This document shows positions 1-13,487 of a DNA stretch of 46,419 nucleotides, in pieces; positions within the stretch are counted from its first letter, which is position 1; each line of letters opens with the position of its first letter. The translations under genes were made by a program, and so were the position numbers. The notes beneath the pieces are model-generated. The model was not told the DNA's origin and searched no databases. It was given only the letters and a program-made list of their open reading frames with translations. Location: positions 46,388 to 92,806 of the forward strand of contig NW_014577074.1 in NCBI RefSeq assembly GCF_000485595.1, given 5' to 3'. Source of the DNA: Priapulus caudatus. Its lineage: Eukaryota.

Positions 1-11
1 TTAATGGATAT

Positions 12-548
12 CAAGGCCCCTAGCCAGCTTTCTATTGGGGGGGGGCATTCTGTTTTTCAATGTTGGCAATTTGCTCGCGCAGGGGTCGTGTACAGGATTT
101 GCCTACCGGGGCGGGGGGGCGGTCTAACCGTGTAACCAAAGTGGCGAGGCACGCGAAGAGGGGTCTGGGGGGCCCTCCCCAGAAAAAATTTTAAAATTAG
201 ACCGCCCCTCAGATGCGTTTTCTAGCCGCGAGCCAAGGGGGGGTCCGGTACTCCCTGGACCCCCCCAAAACACGCCCCCTGCTCGGGGCGCGACGACCAG
301 GCGAGGGGGGAAGGCCAAGCCGAACGAGCGGGGGAGGGTGGTGGGAGGGGGGTGTTTGCACTGTTCACCCCCGACGCACGACTGGAGATTTTTGCAATAT
401 TACACTAAAAATGGAAGCGACCTGAGGTGAAATTCTTGCAAATTTGGCAAATTATTTATTTTTTTGCTTCGTGGGCTGGGGGGGACATGGCTCGCGGGGG
501 GGCGGCTTCGTTCGAAAACCCCGCGACCCCCCCCTGGCTACGGGCCTG
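12..548. mobile_element. Non-autonomous hAT-like MITE
   Basis: Left end CAAGGCCCCTAGCCAG (12-27) is an imperfect inverted repeat of right end CTGGCTACGGGCCTG (534-548). Flanks GGATATCA (6-13) and GGATATGA (549-556) resemble an 8-bp TSD. The interior has G/C-run motifs (GGGGTCTGGGGGCCCTCCCCAGAAAAAATTTT) common in invertebrate hAT MITEs. Superfamily is inferred. Confidence 0.6.
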
Positions 549-742
549 GGATATGATCGCGCCATGATGTACTCTTGATACTACTCTCTCTCCACATCAT
601 CCCTCGCTCTGCCACTCCTCGACTCACTCTGTTTACTCCCCCTCTCTTTCTCTTTCGCGGCCTGCGCTTACAATGTGCTATCATGTGCTGTTGAGCACAC
701 ACGAGTCATGGTCCTTTGATCGACCATCGTCGCTCGCTACAG

Positions 743-812
<70 letters not shown>

Positions 813-827
813 CTATCTATCTATCTG

Positions 828-920
<93 letters not shown>

Positions 921-965
921 TTATTTATCTATCTATTTATCTTTCTCTTTATCTATATATCTATC
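743..965. repeat. (TATC)n tetranucleotide microsatellite
   Basis: Long, nearly perfect TATC run. Confidence 0.97.
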
Positions 966-1255
966 TCTCGACTGCGCTGTTCCCGCTCCAGACGTACGAC
1001 TAGCGAATTGTCTTCGCAATCGCCGTCGTTGTCGGCTGCATGCGTGTACATACAATCGAAGTTTCTGCATTCCACGCGATGTGACAAATTGCACACAGCG
1101 CCGCTTTAAAATCGGTTTACGCAACCCTAACGGAAGACATCTATAACCAGCTTCGCTGCCTACCGAGAAGTCAGTCGAACGAGAACATTCTTTTGCCTTT
1201 GAAGTCTGAACAGAAAAGCTACCTATTCGTGAATTTTCTAGTGAGGGGTTAGTTC

Positions 1256-1301
1256 CATAGAAATATATAGAGATACATAGTCTACCTATATTATTTCTAT
1301 G
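1256..1301. mobile_element. 46-bp palindromic mini-element, P-element-like MITE
   Basis: CATAGAAATA...TATTTCTATG terminal inverted repeats, flanked by GTTAGTTC (1248-1255) and TTTAGTTC (1302-1309), a 7/8 match to an 8-bp TSD. Confidence 0.55.
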
Positions 1302-2351
1302 TTTAGTTCTAAGATAGTACCGCGGTGAATCGCAAGTATTTTAGCATGCGCTATAAGCATGGTTGCTAAAGCTACCAGCCTCTAGTTAACGTTATAATTT
1401 AGGCACTAACTTAGTTAGCTTGATACGCGAAATTGATGAATTCATTATTCACGCATGCATGATCCAATCAAGTTTCTTTATAAAATGGCGAACATTTTGT
1501 TCTCTTCGTAACTCGGAAATCTGCATCTGCATAATCTGTATCTTAATAAATCTTTATTATATAAAACTGTTTATGATAAGATTGTATTTAGGGAGGCAAT
1601 GTCGTGCGTGTGTTTGTTTTCTAAGAATTATCGTCATTGTTTAAATAAGATCATGAATTACCGAAGATATATCACGAATGTCACAGTAGTAGTGATTTAT
1701 TATTTTTGCTAATGCTAATTAGTGAGGCATTGCAGGTTTCATAACATTAACTAGAAAGGTCTCTTTCAAAATGTCAATTTGAATTAGCAGTGGGAGAGGT
1801 AAGTCTTAAAAACCAAGCACACATTATATCTTAGAATTCGGATATCTCATACCCTTTGCCACTTGCCGAGATATCTGACATACAGTTATCACTTCTACAT
1901 GAGTAAGATTGCATGTGAACGAAACCCCCCTGTGAGATGGCAGATGCGTGTAGTGAGAGATGTGTAGTGGCAGATGTGTAGTGGGAGGCGTTACTGTATT
2001 GACATTCTGAAATCGAACACGGATTTTGGCTGTAATGTTTAAGAGACACTTACACTCCACGCCGCACGCACGCGCGCGCATAAAAAGCCCCTTCCCATCC
2101 ATTCATTAAATTTCCTACGCGTTCGTTGTTTGTCTTTCAAATTATCGCTTGCAGTAATTGGTTAACGATCGCCCGTATGTCTATATGGCGGCCTGGTCGA
2201 TGGGATCCATTTGAAAATTGCGAAATTCGGACATTAGCATGATGATCCCGCCGCGTGGTGAATCCACCCTATCGCAATCGATGTCGAGTTTTTAGACATG
2301 CGTTCGAATCGTTGATGAACTGCCACTATAGCCATAAGCGAGGGATGTCAC

Positions 2352-2474
<123 letters not shown>

Positions 2475-3464
2475 NNNNNNNNNNNNNNNNNNNNNNNNNN
2501 NNNNNNNNNNNNNNNNNNNNNNNNNNNNNNNNNNNNNNNNNNNNNNNNNNNNNNNNNNNNNNNNNNNNNNNNNNNNNNNNNNNNNNNNNNNNNNNNNNNN
2601 NNNNNNNNNNNNNNNNNNNNNNNNNNNNNNNNNNNNNNNNNNNNNNNNNNNNNNNNNNNNNNNNNNNNNNNNNNNNNNNNNNNNNNNNNNNNNNNNNNNN
2701 NNNNNNNNNNNNNNNNNNNNNNNNNNNNNNNNNNNNNNNNNNNNNNNNNNNNNNNNNNNNNNNNNNNNNNNNNNNNNNNNNNNNNNNNNNNNNNNNNNNN
2801 NNNNNNNNNNNNNNNNNNNNNNNNNNNNNNNNNNNNNNNNNNNNNNNNNNNNNNNNNNNNNNNNNNNNNNNNNNNNNNNNNNNNNNNNNNNNNNNNNNNN
2901 NNNNNNNNNNNNNNNNNNNNNNNNNNNNNNNNNNNNNNNNNNNNNNNNNNNNNNNNNNNNNNNNNNNNNNNNNNNNNNNNNNNNNNNNNNNNNNNNNNNN
3001 NNNNNNNNNNNNNNNNNNNNNNNNNNNNNNNNNNNNNNNNNNNNNNNNNNNNNNNNNNNNNNNNNNNNNNNNNNNNNNNNNNNNNNNNNNNNNNNNNNNN
3101 NNNNNNNNNNNNNNNNNNNNNNNNNNNNNNNNNNNNNNNNNNNNNNNNNNNNNNNNNNNNNNNNNNNNNNNNNNNNNNNNNNNNNNNNNNNNNNNNNNNN
3201 NNNNNNNNNNNNNNNNNNNNNNNNNNNNNNNNNNNNNNNNNNNNNNNNNNNNNNNNNNNNNNNNNNNNNNNNNNNNNNNNNNNNNNNNNNNNNNNNNNNN
3301 NNNNNNNNNNNNNNNNNNNNNNNNNNNNNNNNNNNNNNNNNNNNNNNNNNNNNNNNNNNNNNNNNNNNNNNNNNNNNNNNNNNNNNNNNNNNNNNNNNNN
3401 NNNNNNNNNNNNNNNNNNNNNNNNNNNNNNNNNNNNNNNNNNNNNNNNNNNNNNNNNNNNNNNN
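2475..3464. other. Assembly gap (990 N)
   Basis: Run of N. Confidence 1.
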
Positions 3465-3470
3465 CGACGA

Positions 3471-3545
<75 letters not shown>

Positions 3546-3651
3546 TGGTGATGATGGTGGTGATGATGATGACGACGATGATGATGATGATGATGATGAT
3601 GATGATAATGATGATGATGATAATGATAACGATGATGACGATAATAATGAT
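3465..3651. repeat. Compound (GAC)n-(GAT)n trinucleotide microsatellite
   Basis: Pure GAC run grading into GAT/GGT/AAT units. Confidence 0.95.
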
Positions 3652-4499
3652 GTTGCCAGTATTCTGGTTTTGAAATGCAGCAGGAGCGGGTGTGACCGTA
3701 TGCACGACAACCGTATTTAGTCGCAAAAATTTGGACACTGACTCGACCATATACTTGTGTGGAAATGCGTTCGTCGGCATACACCGCCATTGTTACGGCG
3801 AATGCGATTTCCTAATTCGTAACATTCTTCGCGACAATTCGCGAGATCGCTACCCGATCGGGCTCTAGCCTCTCATACGCGCGGGCCATGCCCGCCAGTC
3901 GCTTAACGCTGCGGTACGATTTATTTTCAGATTGAAAATAGCCGCTTTGCTTTCGAGCCTCGCTGCGAGGCCGCGCCGGCGTGTGTGCGAGAGAGAGCAG
4001 CGTAGCAGCAGCTGTTAGCTGCTCACTGCGAGAGATGCTCCCACCGGGCTGACGTGAAACAATTGTGCGAAGCTTTTCACTGGCGCGTTTATGTAGACGC
4101 TAGACCGTTGCGTGGATCGCAGCGCGGTATATACCGTCTTGTTTAGACATTTGCAGAACGGTTAGAGCTATGGATTTCGCTGATGGGTATGTTTCGCTTT
4201 TTTTTCTCGCTTCTCGTCTGCGCACGTTGTTTTCGTCGAACGTAGAGTCATAGTTAGCGTTCCATCGCTCACGCCTCTCTCTCTCTCTCTCTTCGCTCTC
4301 TTCCTCTCCGCTTTTTGTTGGAAAGCTACCACAGACGCACGTACGCACGCATCCACACAAACAAACACATGCACTCCGACAGCCTATACACACACAGACA
4401 TTCACCGATAACCACACACGCGCGCGCGCGCGCGGACATATCTATCTATCTATCTATCTATCTATGTATTTATCTATCTATTTTTTATTGCCGCACACT

Positions 4500-4791
4500 T
4501 ATATCGTTTTCTCTATCGCACTCTTTTCCTTCTCTAGAAGGAAAGAGAGAGAGTTTTCTTGCTCTTGTTTCCTCTATCTCTGTCTCATTTCGATCGCTTT
4601 CTTTCTCTCGTAATCTTTCTCTCTCCCATTCGCTCTCGATCTCATACTCATTCCATTTCTCTCTCTCACTTGATCTCGTCTCCTTTCTCTCTATCTCTCT
4701 CGCTCTCTCTTTCTCTCTTTCTCTCTTTCTCTCTTTCTCGCTTTCTCTCTTTCTCTCTTTCTCTCTCTCTCTCTCTCGCTCTCTCTCTCTT

Positions 4792-4844
<53 letters not shown>

Positions 4845-4862
4845 GGCTCTCGATCTCTCGCC
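4500..4862. repeat. (TC)n / CT-rich low-complexity tract
   Basis: Degenerate polypyrimidine sequence ending in a pure (CT)n run. Confidence 0.9.
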
Positions 4863-5649
4863 TCTCAGTTGCTCCATCGGTGTGTATGGGTTAAGATTGA
4901 CCGCTTTCTCCGTATCAATGTTACGTTGCTATGAGTTCGTAAACCGGAGTGCGATAAACCGGATCCCGTCATAATTGAAAGTAATTGTGGCGGGGCGCGT
5001 TGACGCAGCGCAGGCAACCGCGCCTTGCCCCCCTGCAATCTATACGCGCGCATCCGTCCGTCAACGCACCACAAAAGCTCGCAAAGCTTCGACGTCGTTC
5101 GACGCGGAAAAATGTCGGCGATTTCAGCGTCTGGGCGCGTCTGACGTAATCGAGACGGTCGCCGGTCGCCAATGAATGCTCGCGCTTTATTTTGCTTCGC
5201 GGCTTCCTCGTCGATTGAGACGCCCCGCCGCCCGGGTAAGCGGCGGCACCCAGCCATCCATACACGCTTGCAGCAAGTAACGTCGAGTCATCGGTGATAT
5301 GACGACTCACTCGCTCTCGAGAAGATATCGGCACGTGCTCCGTTCGTCATCCAATCGCGTAGAATCGAATCCGAACGATGACGATGACGGCGGCGGCTCG
5401 GTCGCGTACGCGCGCGATATATTTTTAGATCGCCCGTCTGTTCGCGCGCTCTCGATTTATATCTAGCATCGTCGACGGCGGTGACTCATCATCGCGGGAA
5501 CGCCCGCGGCCGTGATGCGGGAGACAGTAAAACCCCGCGTGCGTACGTATTCATGACGCACGCGCAAACGACGCGCTGCCAACTAATTACGGTTGACATT
5601 GAAATGTCAGAATGCGACGAGCACCTGGTGCGGCGCGTACGTCGGCTCC

Positions 5650-6080
5650 GGCAGACGCACGTGCGTGCGACGTCAGCGGCGGCAAGCGTGCGTGCGTGCG
5701 CCGGCGGCAGGCGTGCGTGCGTGCGTCGGCGGCAAGCGTGCGTGCGTGCGACGGCGGCAGGCATGCGTGCGTGCGACGGCGGCAGGCGTGCGTGCGTGCG
5801 TGCGACGGCGGCAGGCGTGCGTGCGTGCGTGCGACGGCGGCAGGCGTGCGTGCGTGCGACGGCGGCAGGCGTGTGTGCGTGCGACGTCGGCAAGCGTGCG
5901 TGTGTGCGTGCGACGGCGGCAGGCGTGTGTGCGTGCGACGTCGGCAAGCGTGCGTGTGTGCGTGCGACGTCGGCAAGCGTGCGTGTGTGCGTACGACGGC
6001 GACGGCGGCAGGCGTGCGCGTGCGTTCGATGGCGACAGGCGCGCGTGCGTGCGTGCGTGCGACGGCGGCAGGCGCGCGTA
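5650..6080. repeat. GC-rich minisatellite, unit GACGGCGGCAG + (GCGT)3-4, about 24-28 bp
   Basis: Repeated GCGTGCGTGCGTGCGACGGCGGCAG, with GACGTCGGCAA variants. Confidence 0.92.
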
Positions 6081-6233
6081 CGTGTAATCTACCAGCGTGT
6101 AATCTGTTGCTAATCTCGGCTTAAAATAGCCGAAATAGATCCGAGCGCGGTTATAAATTGCGATCGGCGGCATCCGAAAATTTATTCTATTCAATCCAGA
6201 ATTAACCACCGCTGTCAACGCGGGCTAAATTTA

Positions 6234-6234
6234 G

Positions 6235-6286
<52 letters not shown>
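6234..6286. repeat. (CT)n microsatellite
   Basis: CT run abutting a gap. Confidence 0.95.
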
Positions 6287-6930
6287 NNNNNNNNNNNNNN
6301 NNNNNNNNNNNNNNNNNNNNNNNNNNNNNNNNNNNNNNNNNNNNNNNNNNNNNNNNNNNNNNNNNNNNNNNNNNNNNNNNNNNNNNNNNNNNNNNNNNNN
6401 NNNNNNNNNNNNNNNNNNNNNNNNNNNNNNNNNNNNNNNNNNNNNNNNNNNNNNNNNNNNNNNNNNNNNNNNNNNNNNNNNNNNNNNNNNNNNNNNNNNN
6501 NNNNNNNNNNNNNNNNNNNNNNNNNNNNNNNNNNNNNNNNNNNNNNNNNNNNNNNNNNNNNNNNNNNNNNNNNNNNNNNNNNNNNNNNNNNNNNNNNNNN
6601 NNNNNNNNNNNNNNNNNNNNNNNNNNNNNNNNNNNNNNNNNNNNNNNNNNNNNNNNNNNNNNNNNNNNNNNNNNNNNNNNNNNNNNNNNNNNNNNNNNNN
6701 NNNNNNNNNNNNNNNNNNNNNNNNNNNNNNNNNNNNNNNNNNNNNNNNNNNNNNNNNNNNNNNNNNNNNNNNNNNNNNNNNNNNNNNNNNNNNNNNNNNN
6801 NNNNNNNNNNNNNNNNNNNNNNNNNNNNNNNNNNNNNNNNNNNNNNNNNNNNNNNNNNNNNNNNNNNNNNNNNNNNNNNNNNNNNNNNNNNNNNNNNNNN
6901 NNNNNNNNNNNNNNNNNNNNNNNNNNNNNN
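6287..6930. other. Assembly gap (644 N)
   Basis: Run of N. Confidence 1.
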
Positions 6931-6999
<69 letters not shown>

Positions 7000-7008
7000 G
7001 CGCACACA
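6931..7008. repeat. (CA)n-(CG)n compound microsatellite (alternating purine-pyrimidine)
   Basis: CA run followed directly by a CG run. Confidence 0.95.
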
Positions 7009-7419
7009 CCAGCTATCATTTGCGATTGAGCTTCGTTCCCAGTTGTGCGCGATGGTGTCACCTCTCCGTCGAAATGTATCGCGATTAATTGACATATAGC
7101 TGTTGCGAGCGCGACCGGTATGGGCGTGATTGTTACGTCTACACATAGGCGTGTTCGCACGCATTGATGTTGACATGATAATGCCTGTCAAACAGGCGGG
7201 GGACCGTTAACCAAACCCTTGCTTGCTTACCATCGACATCGGTTTATGAACGTACGCGAACACTGCAAAGTGCGTATGTATAGCCACGGCTTTGCGACTT
7301 TACGACGCTGTCGTGAAGAAGGATCGGATAAGAAATGTAAACTGTTGCGCGGGCTCTTTTGTTGTGTCTAAAAATACAGTTGTCCAGACGCATACATTTA
7401 TTTGTTTATTATTTATAGC

Positions 7420-7454
<35 letters not shown>

Positions 7455-7616
7455 AAGCATGTGTGTACATGTGTGTGTGCGTGTGTGTGTGTGTGCGTGT
7501 GTGTGTGCGTGTGTTTGTGCGTGTGTGTGTGTGCGCGCGCGTGTGTGTGTGCGTGCGTGCGCGCGTGCATGTGTGTGTGTGCGTGTGTGTGCGCGCGTGC
7601 GTGTGTGTGTGTGTGT
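7420..7616. repeat. (TA)n-(TG/CG)n compound microsatellite
   Basis: Visible dinucleotide runs. Confidence 0.93.
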
Positions 7617-8969
7617 AAACGTGGGCTCCTGCTGGCCGATAGAGTGTCGTTTTCATCAACAGACGATCATCCCGTCAGCGAAGTTCTCTACGTAAGCCTC
7701 TATAGACGTCACTCCACGCCTCGTGCGCAGAGAGAAGATGCGGAGGCTGCGAGAACGTGCACGGGACAGATGCAGCGAATGCATATTTGTTTACGCTCGG
7801 TGCGAGATGACAGCGCGGGCGGCGATGGAAGCAGGCAACCCGACGCTGATGCCGGGCCGAGGGCGCGCGCGAGAGATGTTTTTGCGTTTCAGCGAGACAT
7901 CTGCGCCTGTTTACGATCCTTGCAGATGATCCTCGCTTTCCATCGGACACATTCGCCCCGCGCTGAACACGTGCCGATGCACTCACTAGGCCGAGGTTAG
8001 CGCAGCCGACGGCGCGAGCGGCGGCGATAAATGTTTGATTACTCACGTAGGAAACACGTCGGCGCATTCTATACGCGCGCGCTCGCGAGGCGTCGTACGT
8101 GCAGATTAAGGACTCGACATCCTTCAGTAGTGAAGAGCTCGAGGTATCGGCACGTAATGGCTTCCGTGCCTCTGGGAACCTTTGAGACAGGAACTGAAGA
8201 TGGATCGCAACGTTATCTTACCCCCACGACGGTCAATCGCGCCATCGTTCGGCGGATGCTGCAATAATTATCTCTCTCCTCTCGATTTTAACATCCTGAT
8301 TAAACAACATCTGCAGGCATTAACGCACATCTGCGTGCACTTAATTGGACTAACGTGTCCTGATGTGGCTTCATCGGGATGAGCTGATGTTGCACTGCGT
8401 TGCATTTTGCAAATGACTTTTGCTCTGTTAGAGCTCCCGAACGTAAAATAAACTAAAAAAATGCCAAAAATTATTTTCCCGTAAAATGCTTGTTGCGCAT
8501 TCATTACCGTCGTCGAAGCACGAGATGGAATAGCATATAGGATATGACAGCATAGACTGGACCTTGGCATTGTCGCGACAAATTTCCGTTGCACACGCCA
8601 AACGAACTAGTTACCAGTCTAGGTGTAACGGACAGCGACTCAACACCATTCGGCAGCAGCACTCGAATTCGCTCTTGCGCTTTTATTGCACGTTTAGTAG
8701 GCATCTGACTAAACAAAAATGCTAAATCGAATTTGAAAATCTTTACGCGCCAGGCGTCTGCGCGCACGCGGCCATTTGATCCGGTGATACAGCAGCAGCT
8801 TCACCGCCGGAGCACACTAATGGAGAGAGCTGCGTTATCCCATCGTTCACCCGTACACACGGGTAGATTCAGGATGCGCGTGGGCATGGCTTCCGCACAG
8901 TCGGGACAAGTTGGCTAGTTCGTTAGAAAAGGAGGTCGCTGTACAGGACGCTCATATGAACACACGAGT

Positions 8970-9230
8970 AGAGACTGCGAGAGAGGGGGAGAAGTTGAGA
9001 ACGAGCGAGAGAGAGAGAGAAAGAGAGGGTGAGAGAGATGATGATGGAGAAAGAATAGAGATATAGATAGAGAGCGAAAGGGGAAAGGAAAAACAGATAA
9101 GAGACGATGAGAGGGACGAGAGAGAGGAAGAAGAGAGCGTGCGAATGGCGAGAGAAAGAGCGAGACAGAGAGAAAGGAAGAGAGCGAGAGGCGAGATAAG
9201 CGAGAGATAGGAGGGAGGGATGAGGGATAG
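8970..9230. repeat. GA-rich low-complexity tract
   Basis: Degenerate polypurine sequence. Confidence 0.85.
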
Positions 9231-9496
9231 ACCTCCAAACCTCTCCCGATTCTAGATCGCTACTATAGTACGGCGTGTGCATGTATTCGCAGGAGTGCGC
9301 GGACAGCAGCAGGAGCAAAAGCGGATGCATTCATTCGTTTATAGCTGGCTGTAAGGCAGGATGGTAAAACAACCGAAGCATCAGCTGTCGCTTGCACTGC
9401 TTGCTTGTGGATGCTCTTCCTTCACATGAAAACACGCGAAGCTCTCCGCTTTCAGGAAACAATGCGGTTGTTGTGTCGGTTTTTACCACCAAACAT

Positions 9497-9836
9497 CAGT
9501 ACGTTTAACGATGGATGCATGTACAGCTATGCTGTGAATGCAAACATTGTGCTTAACGATAAGTAAGTAAACAGTTATGCTGTAAATTTAGACAGAACGG
9601 TTAAAGATGGACACAGTTATGTTGTGAAAATGGGCTGAACGCTGAAAAGTGGCCGTGAATGTACGTAGACAGTATGTTTAACGATAGGCACAATTATGCT
9701 GTTAAAGTTAGACAGTACGTTTAACGATAGGCACAATTATGCTGTAAATGTTAGACAGTACATTTAATGCTGTGGAAGTAAGTATTGTGTTTAACGATAA
9801 GTACAGTACATGCTATGAATGGAAACAGTACGTTTT
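9497..9836. repeat. Degenerate ~43-bp minisatellite (GACAGTACGTTTAACGATAGGCACAATTATGCTGTAAATGTTA)
   Basis: GACAGTA anchors at 9668, 9711 and 9754 (period 43), with more diverged copies on both sides. Confidence 0.85.
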
Positions 9837-9917
9837 AGATTAGTATGCAGATACAATACAATACTTGCAGTGATGTAGCGACAGCAGTATTTTTTTTTTA
9901 ACGATACGGTAGATAGC

Positions 9918-9985
9918 ATAATATCAGGAGTGAATAATAATAGCCATTATTATTATTGACTATTCTTATTCACTCCTGATATTAT
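9918..9985. mobile_element. Short palindromic mini-element (CAGGAG...CTCCTG core)
   Basis: 26-bp inverted arms at 9918-9943 and 9960-9985 with one mismatch. Core 9925-9978 is flanked by ATAATAT and ATATTAT. Confidence 0.55.
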
Positions 9986-11671
9986 TAATAGTTGCAGCTC
10001 CGTCATAACTAATATATTACGTTTAATCATATGTACATTTATACAATAGAGTAAGCTAGTATATTAAGCGGTAGGTGCAGTTGGGAGTTTAAATTATTTA
10101 GTAAGTTTAACGATATATGTAATTTGGTTATAAAATTATAAAGCAGGGTTAACGATGTTGCAAGTGTAAACCTCTTAAAGAATGGGTATATATAGTTATA
10201 GTAATATGTTCAATTAGGTGCGCAAGTACCGCTACCGCTACACGACTGTTTTCACAGGAACAGGATAACGGCTCCATTATCTCAGGGTGAATGAATGTAA
10301 ATAGCTTTTAAGGTTCACCCCACCCTTTGCAGAAAAATTACGTCTTTGTTCAATTATCTCAGCTTTGTCAAGCTGTCCATCAAGCGTAGCAATTAAAATA
10401 TGATTGGCCTTTGTAATCAGGTCACTTTGCGCCACCTAGCGTGGAAACAGCGAACAGTGCTGTTGTGCTTATGTGTATTTTACACAGATAGGGGATTCCA
10501 CAGATTCAACGTTCAGACTTCACTCGAAACTTGCCGGCGGCATATGATGCTGATTCCCAGCAAGTTGTCGGATCTACATGTTTACGTCACTTGACAGAAT
10601 GGCCATTTCCATAATGTAGAGACGTCTATAGGGCACTAACCTTGCGTGCATAATGCACTCTAGTGCCGAATATTGCCGCAAACATTGAGAAATGGGTCTT
10701 TTACAGACACGAAGTAGTGAACGAATAGCGCGGAAGGTTATTGTTGCGTAGCCCTTCTACACATCTGATTGGTTCTTGCGTCCATTTGACTTTCGCCGCC
10801 TAGAATAAATATTACACAAGCCTGATTGGTTCTTGGAGTCAGGTGACCTTGTGCCATCTAGGGTACAGAGGTGTGCTTATCGAGCGATTTTTTACCATAC
10901 CAGACTATTAAAGGGGTGGTAAAGGACCACACGATACCGACAAAGCAGACGCGTAATCATTCGGTTCAGTTAGTTCTGCCCGTTGCACTATTTGGGTATT
11001 GCAATATACCTTGCGCAGCAAACTACTACGTGGGCGTTGAATTTCAGTAGTGCAGCGGTATCAATCTGGTACGTATATGTCCTGATTCTGATATGCGCTG
11101 CTAATATTCATAAGTAAATTCTGAAATGCGTTCTGATTACGCAAAATCACTAATGTTACGTTTAAATTATGATGGATGGATCCACTGCTATTAATCGAAG
11201 ATTAGCGTTGTTATTGTTCGTGAGATGCTCGGTGTATGGTTACGTGCCACAGTGACATGTCTGCCTCCCTCTATCGTTGTCTATCTCCCTACCACTATCT
11301 CTATCTATCTCGTCCCCCATCTCTCTCGTGTGCGCTCTCGCTTTCTATCTCGTTTTGTTTCTCGCTTACTTTTGCCTGCTCGCCCTCTACCTCCCTTCCT
11401 CTTCTCCTCCACCTTGCTCTCTGTGCATTCGGATTCAATACAGCGCTAGGTTTTCCGACACTGATTCGAGTAATGTCTTTTGCGTAAACGCGTGCGCGTG
11501 CATTTCTATGAATCTCGTCGCTACTGCTTTCAACACAGCAGTAGCAGCAGCGCGATTGCGATGCTGTGAAAAAAATTCGGCGGGCGCTTCAGTTTTTGCG
11601 CGAGGTTTATGTACTGCACGGCGACTACTGTTCGCAGAGTCGCGATCATTAGACACTCACGTGTGTTACGC

Positions 11672-12277
11672 CAGCAACAGCAGCAGCGCAGCAGCAGCGG
11701 CAGCTGCGGCAGCAGCGGCAGCAGCGGCAGCAGCGGCAGCAGCGGCAGCAGCGGCAGCAGCGGCAGCAGCGGCGGCAGCGGCAGCGACACCAGCAACCGC
11801 AGCAGCAGCAGTAGCAGCGCAGCAGCAGCAGCAGCAGCACCAACAACAGCAGCAGTAGCAACGCCAGGGACACCAGCAACAGCAGCAGCGGCAGTAGCAG
11901 TAGTAGCAGTAGTAGCAGTAGCAGAAGCAGCAGTAGTAGTAGTAGCAGCGACAGCAGCAATAGCAGCAGTAGCAGTAGCAGCAGCAGCAGTAGCAGTAGC
12001 AGTAGCAGAAGCAGCAACAATAGCAGCAGCAGTAGCAGCAGCAGCATCAGTAGTAGTAGTAATAGTAGCAGCAGCAGCAGCATAAGTAGCAATAGCAGTA
12101 GCAGCAGCAGCGCCAGCAGTAGCAACAGTAGCAGCAGCAGCGCCAGTAGCAGCAGTAGCAGCAGTAGCAGCAGTAGCAGCAGTAGCAGCAGCAGTAGAAG
12201 CAGCAGGTGTAGCAGTAGCAACGCCAGCAACAGCAGCAGTACCAGCTGCAGCAGAAAAGCAGCAGCAGTTGCAGCAG
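11672..12277. repeat. (GCA/GCG/GTA)n trinucleotide repeat tract
   Basis: A pure (GCAGCAGCG)n block grading into CAG/TAG mixtures. Confidence 0.95.
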
Positions 12278-13237
12278 AAAATTGTTGTTATTTTGAGGAC
12301 ATGTTTAGTGAAGCGATCCGAGTTCTATCCTTGTATGCATGTTTTAGATATAGGATCTGAATAAAATCGGGGCTACCACCCTGACCTCCTGACCCACCAA
12401 AACACATCCTGGCTTATTACGTACTGCTTTCGCTCCTATTATAAAATTCCTGAATAGCATCTTGAAAATTATCAATTAATGCCTTCACAATTCATTAGAG
12501 TAGCTTCTACAGCACTCATTTTTCATGATTGAATGATAACAACGACGCAGCCCTAATAAGTCTACAGCTTTAATGAATTCCCTGGATACTTCAATACCAT
12601 TCTCCTTTCCAACTTTCCATTTACCCTATCCAACAATATCCACAACTATTTTGTTCGTGGCTTCAAAAATAATTACAATGGGGAAGGCGAGTACGGTTAC
12701 ATATCGACCGTTCGACATGTACCGACCGCATAGACATGTACGACATGTATCGACCGTTCGACAACAGGTATACAAATAGGCCTACGCAGTAAAATCAGAC
12801 ATTAATCTTAGCGATATGTAGAGTTACGTGTTAAAATAAGATATTAACGTTAGTTATATAGTTATGTTATGATACATATTATGTCAGACATTACTTTTGA
12901 CGATAGGTAGATATTAGTGGTGAAAACAGTCACAGCGGTAGCTACACTCGTGCGGTGCAACCAGGCTGTGCAAAGACGTTACCATTAGATATACAGTTAT
13001 GCGTTAAAACAAGACGCACGCGGCGCACTTATAAACGAGTGCGTACGTAGTTCGCGCCCACATTGAAACGACAGCGCTGGCATTAAGCATTCATGAGGCG
13101 TGTTTAGTTTTCGTGATTACCCGTGCTTCTAAGCTTGACAGACCTGTCAATTACGATGCGGTAGCCACACCGAGCTGCTCCCGTTTCGCTATTATTTACT
13201 AGTTACGAGCCGTTCTCTGGCACGCCGGTGATATCAT

Positions 13238-13275
13238 CAAGAGCTAATAAATATTATAAATATTATTAGCTCTTG
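13238..13275. mobile_element. 38-bp palindromic mini-element (CAAGAG...CTCTTG)
   Basis: Perfect 13-bp arms CAAGAGCTAATAA / TTATTAGCTCTTG, flanked by the exact direct repeat ATATCAT (13231-13237, 13276-13282). Confidence 0.65.
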
Positions 13276-13487
13276 ATATCATCTATCGTTGATGACACAA
13301 CTCGCTGGTTAGCATATTTGAACTCGTTGACTGCTTCTGTGGGCGTGTCTACGCTTAGTTGCGATTAATCAGATGGTATTAGCTAGAGACGGTAAATGCT
13401 CGACAGTACGTGGAAGCAAATGGGTAATAGTAACGCTCACTCTCACTCATGTACGTACGCATCTAATGCACACGCAAGAACAGTGAC

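Noticed and set aside
7663..9350. Possible plus-strand 5' UTR exons (7663-7691 and 9293-9350) with AG/GTAAG boundaries
   Set aside because: Such boundaries arise often by chance and cannot be supported without transcripts.
10480..10515. Minus-strand TLNLWNPL resembling a CR1 WNxLP motif
   Set aside because: Too short, bounded by stops, and no supporting motifs.
11277..12230. Poly-Ala/Gln/Leu/Ser ORFs
   Set aside because: Products of a CAG/TAG trinucleotide tract with non-coding flanks.
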